A stretch of DNA of 63,919 nt, counting the filler, from Octopus bimaculoides (lineage: Eukaryota), in the NCBI RefSeq assembly GCF_001194135.2. It is 6 parts of 5 records of this genome, joined end to end, with 100 filler letters (N's around TTAATTAATTAA, not from the genome) between each part and the next. Parts side by side here need not be neighbours in the genome. Positions count along the whole stretch, not along the records: positions 61,627 to 63,919 come from NC_068985.1; 5 more parts are not named here. The stretch is one strand, 5' to 3'. The notes beneath the pieces are model-generated. The model worked only from the letters and a program-made list of their open reading frames with translations. It made no database searches and had not been told where the DNA came from. This document shows positions 62,563-63,919 of the stretch, piece after piece (positions within the stretch are counted from its first letter, which is position 1; each line of letters starts with the position of its first letter). The position numbers and the translations under genes were made by a program.

Positions 62563-63210
62563 AAGTTTTATAGAATATTTAATAGAAGAACGCTTAAGAT
62601 TAGCTATTCTTGCTGCAAGAAGTTCGCCGCTTTAATCAGCCAGCACAACAATAAAATAATTACCAAAAACAATAATGCAGACCAGCTTACAAAGGCCTGT
62701 AATTTCAAAGACCTAACCTCCTGTCCGTTGGAAGGAAGATGTCTAGAAAAAGGCATCGTATATAAGGCCAAAGTCCAGATAGAAGGCTCGCATGATTATA
62801 GAACATATACAGGGGCTACAGAAAATTCTTTCAAAACCAGACTGTATTCGCATAAAAATTCATTTANNNNNNNNNNTACAGAAAATTCTTTCAAAACCAG
62901 ACTGTATTCGCATAAAAATTCATTTAGGTACCCTGAAAATAGGACAAAGACGAGCCTGGCAAAATACGTCTGGCATTTAAAGGAGAATGAATCCCAACCT
63001 TTCAACGTGACATGGAGGATTTTAGGCAAAGCATCGCCTTACAGACACGGTGCCCATAAAAGACCATTGAAATGTGATCTTTGTTTATTGGAAAAAATGA
63101 ATATCTTGTTCCAGGATAAGAAGGCGCTAAACCAAAGACGTGAACTTTTAAACGCATGTAGGCATGCGTCCAAATTTAAAATATCTGCATATAATATTCC
63201 ATATGGGTAA
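62563..63210 (+). mobile_element. Penelope-like element C-terminus: linker plus GIY-YIG endonuclease
   Basis: FNRRTLKISYSC...CPLEGRCL...IVYKA...YTGATENSFKTRLYSHKNSF...TSLAKYVWHLK...CDLCLLEK...LNQRRELLNACRH. Confidence 0.92.
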
Positions 63211-63673
63211 TTTTTTTACTATGATCGACTCCTTATAACCATTGTGCAATCTGGCTATTGCATTGGTACCGAATTATAAATGATTTATTTAGTGGTGTAA
63301 CAATTGTGTAAAGACCCCTGCGTCATTTTAAGAAAACCTTCGTCTGTTATATACATAATTTTTCTTCTCCCTTGTTTTTACTTTTTACTTCATTCTATTC
63401 TATTTATTTTTAAAAAAACGCTTTGTATTCTTTTATACATGTATTTTCGCCTGGTTTTAACTTTTATACACCCAGCGGTTTATTTAAAAAGTTGGCTGCA
63501 TATATACACTGAGATCTAATAGTTTTTTAATGTAGATGTCTGTATAGTTACAGCACTTACGTATTCATATGCATGTACCTGCGCTAACATATAGGGCCTG
63601 GGTTTGCACTTGTGCATATGCTGTTATGATTTCGTGCGTGTACGTTTTTTTGTGTATACATGGTAAGAGTATA

Positions 63674-63919
63674 TGCGGATCTTTTTTAAAACGGGGGCCA
63701 CATTTTTCATTAACGAAACACTTTGAAACTTGGAACACTGGTAGAATGTGTCATATAAAACATCTTTTTCTCTTAGTCTTCTTAAAAAAAAAGAAATCCA
63801 TAAATTATTCCATGTTAAAGTTGTCGTATTTCTGTAATTTCAACCGATCACTGACGTCCATTCAGCCGATATACATTAAGTGCCGACTACATAAACAAAC
63901 GATTCTGAAACAATTAACC
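63674..63919 (+). mobile_element. Same MITE, left part, cut by the window end
   Basis: TA then TGCGGATCTTTTTTAAAACGGGGGCCACATTTTTCATTAA; 63842-63919 is identical to 61627-61704. Confidence 0.75.

Noticed and set aside
62817-62926. 50-bp tandem duplication inside the GIY-YIG ORF (TENSFKTRLYSHKNSF twice)
   Set aside because: Exact copies flank a 10-N gap: unmerged contig overlap, not biology

Overview
Eukaryotic, AT-rich, microsatellite-saturated intergenic/intronic DNA with many N gaps. The repeat content points to a cephalopod, probably Octopus (inference). No host protein-coding gene can be supported: nearly all long ORFs in the track are simple-repeat or N-gap artefacts. The window is a layered graveyard of transposons: two tRNA-derived SINE families, L2/CR1-, RTE-, R4/Dong- and L1/Tx1-type LINE fragments, Penelope-like fragments, Tc1/mariner and hAT elements, and MITEs. 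Five 100-bp artificial joiners (44N-TTAATTAATTAA-44N) show it is stitched from at least six pieces. The main signal lies at 35.6-50.5 kb: four divergent 1.4-2.1 kb L1/Tx1-related elements that carry ORF1 (gag-like, CCHC knuckle) but no endonuclease or RT and end in AATAAA. Two of them sit at the same base of the same tRNA-SINE head (after TGGTAAGAAGCTYGCTT). The other two are stacked head-to-tail at one AAGAGTGKCG site. This suggests a target-specific, non-autonomous ORF1-only retrotransposon system that parasitises SINEs. Four Penelope-type minimal type I hammerhead ribozyme motifs are also visible, as is an L2-like LINE whose 3' tail matches the SINE tail at 23/24 nt. All protein-family calls come from motif recognition by eye, not database searches.
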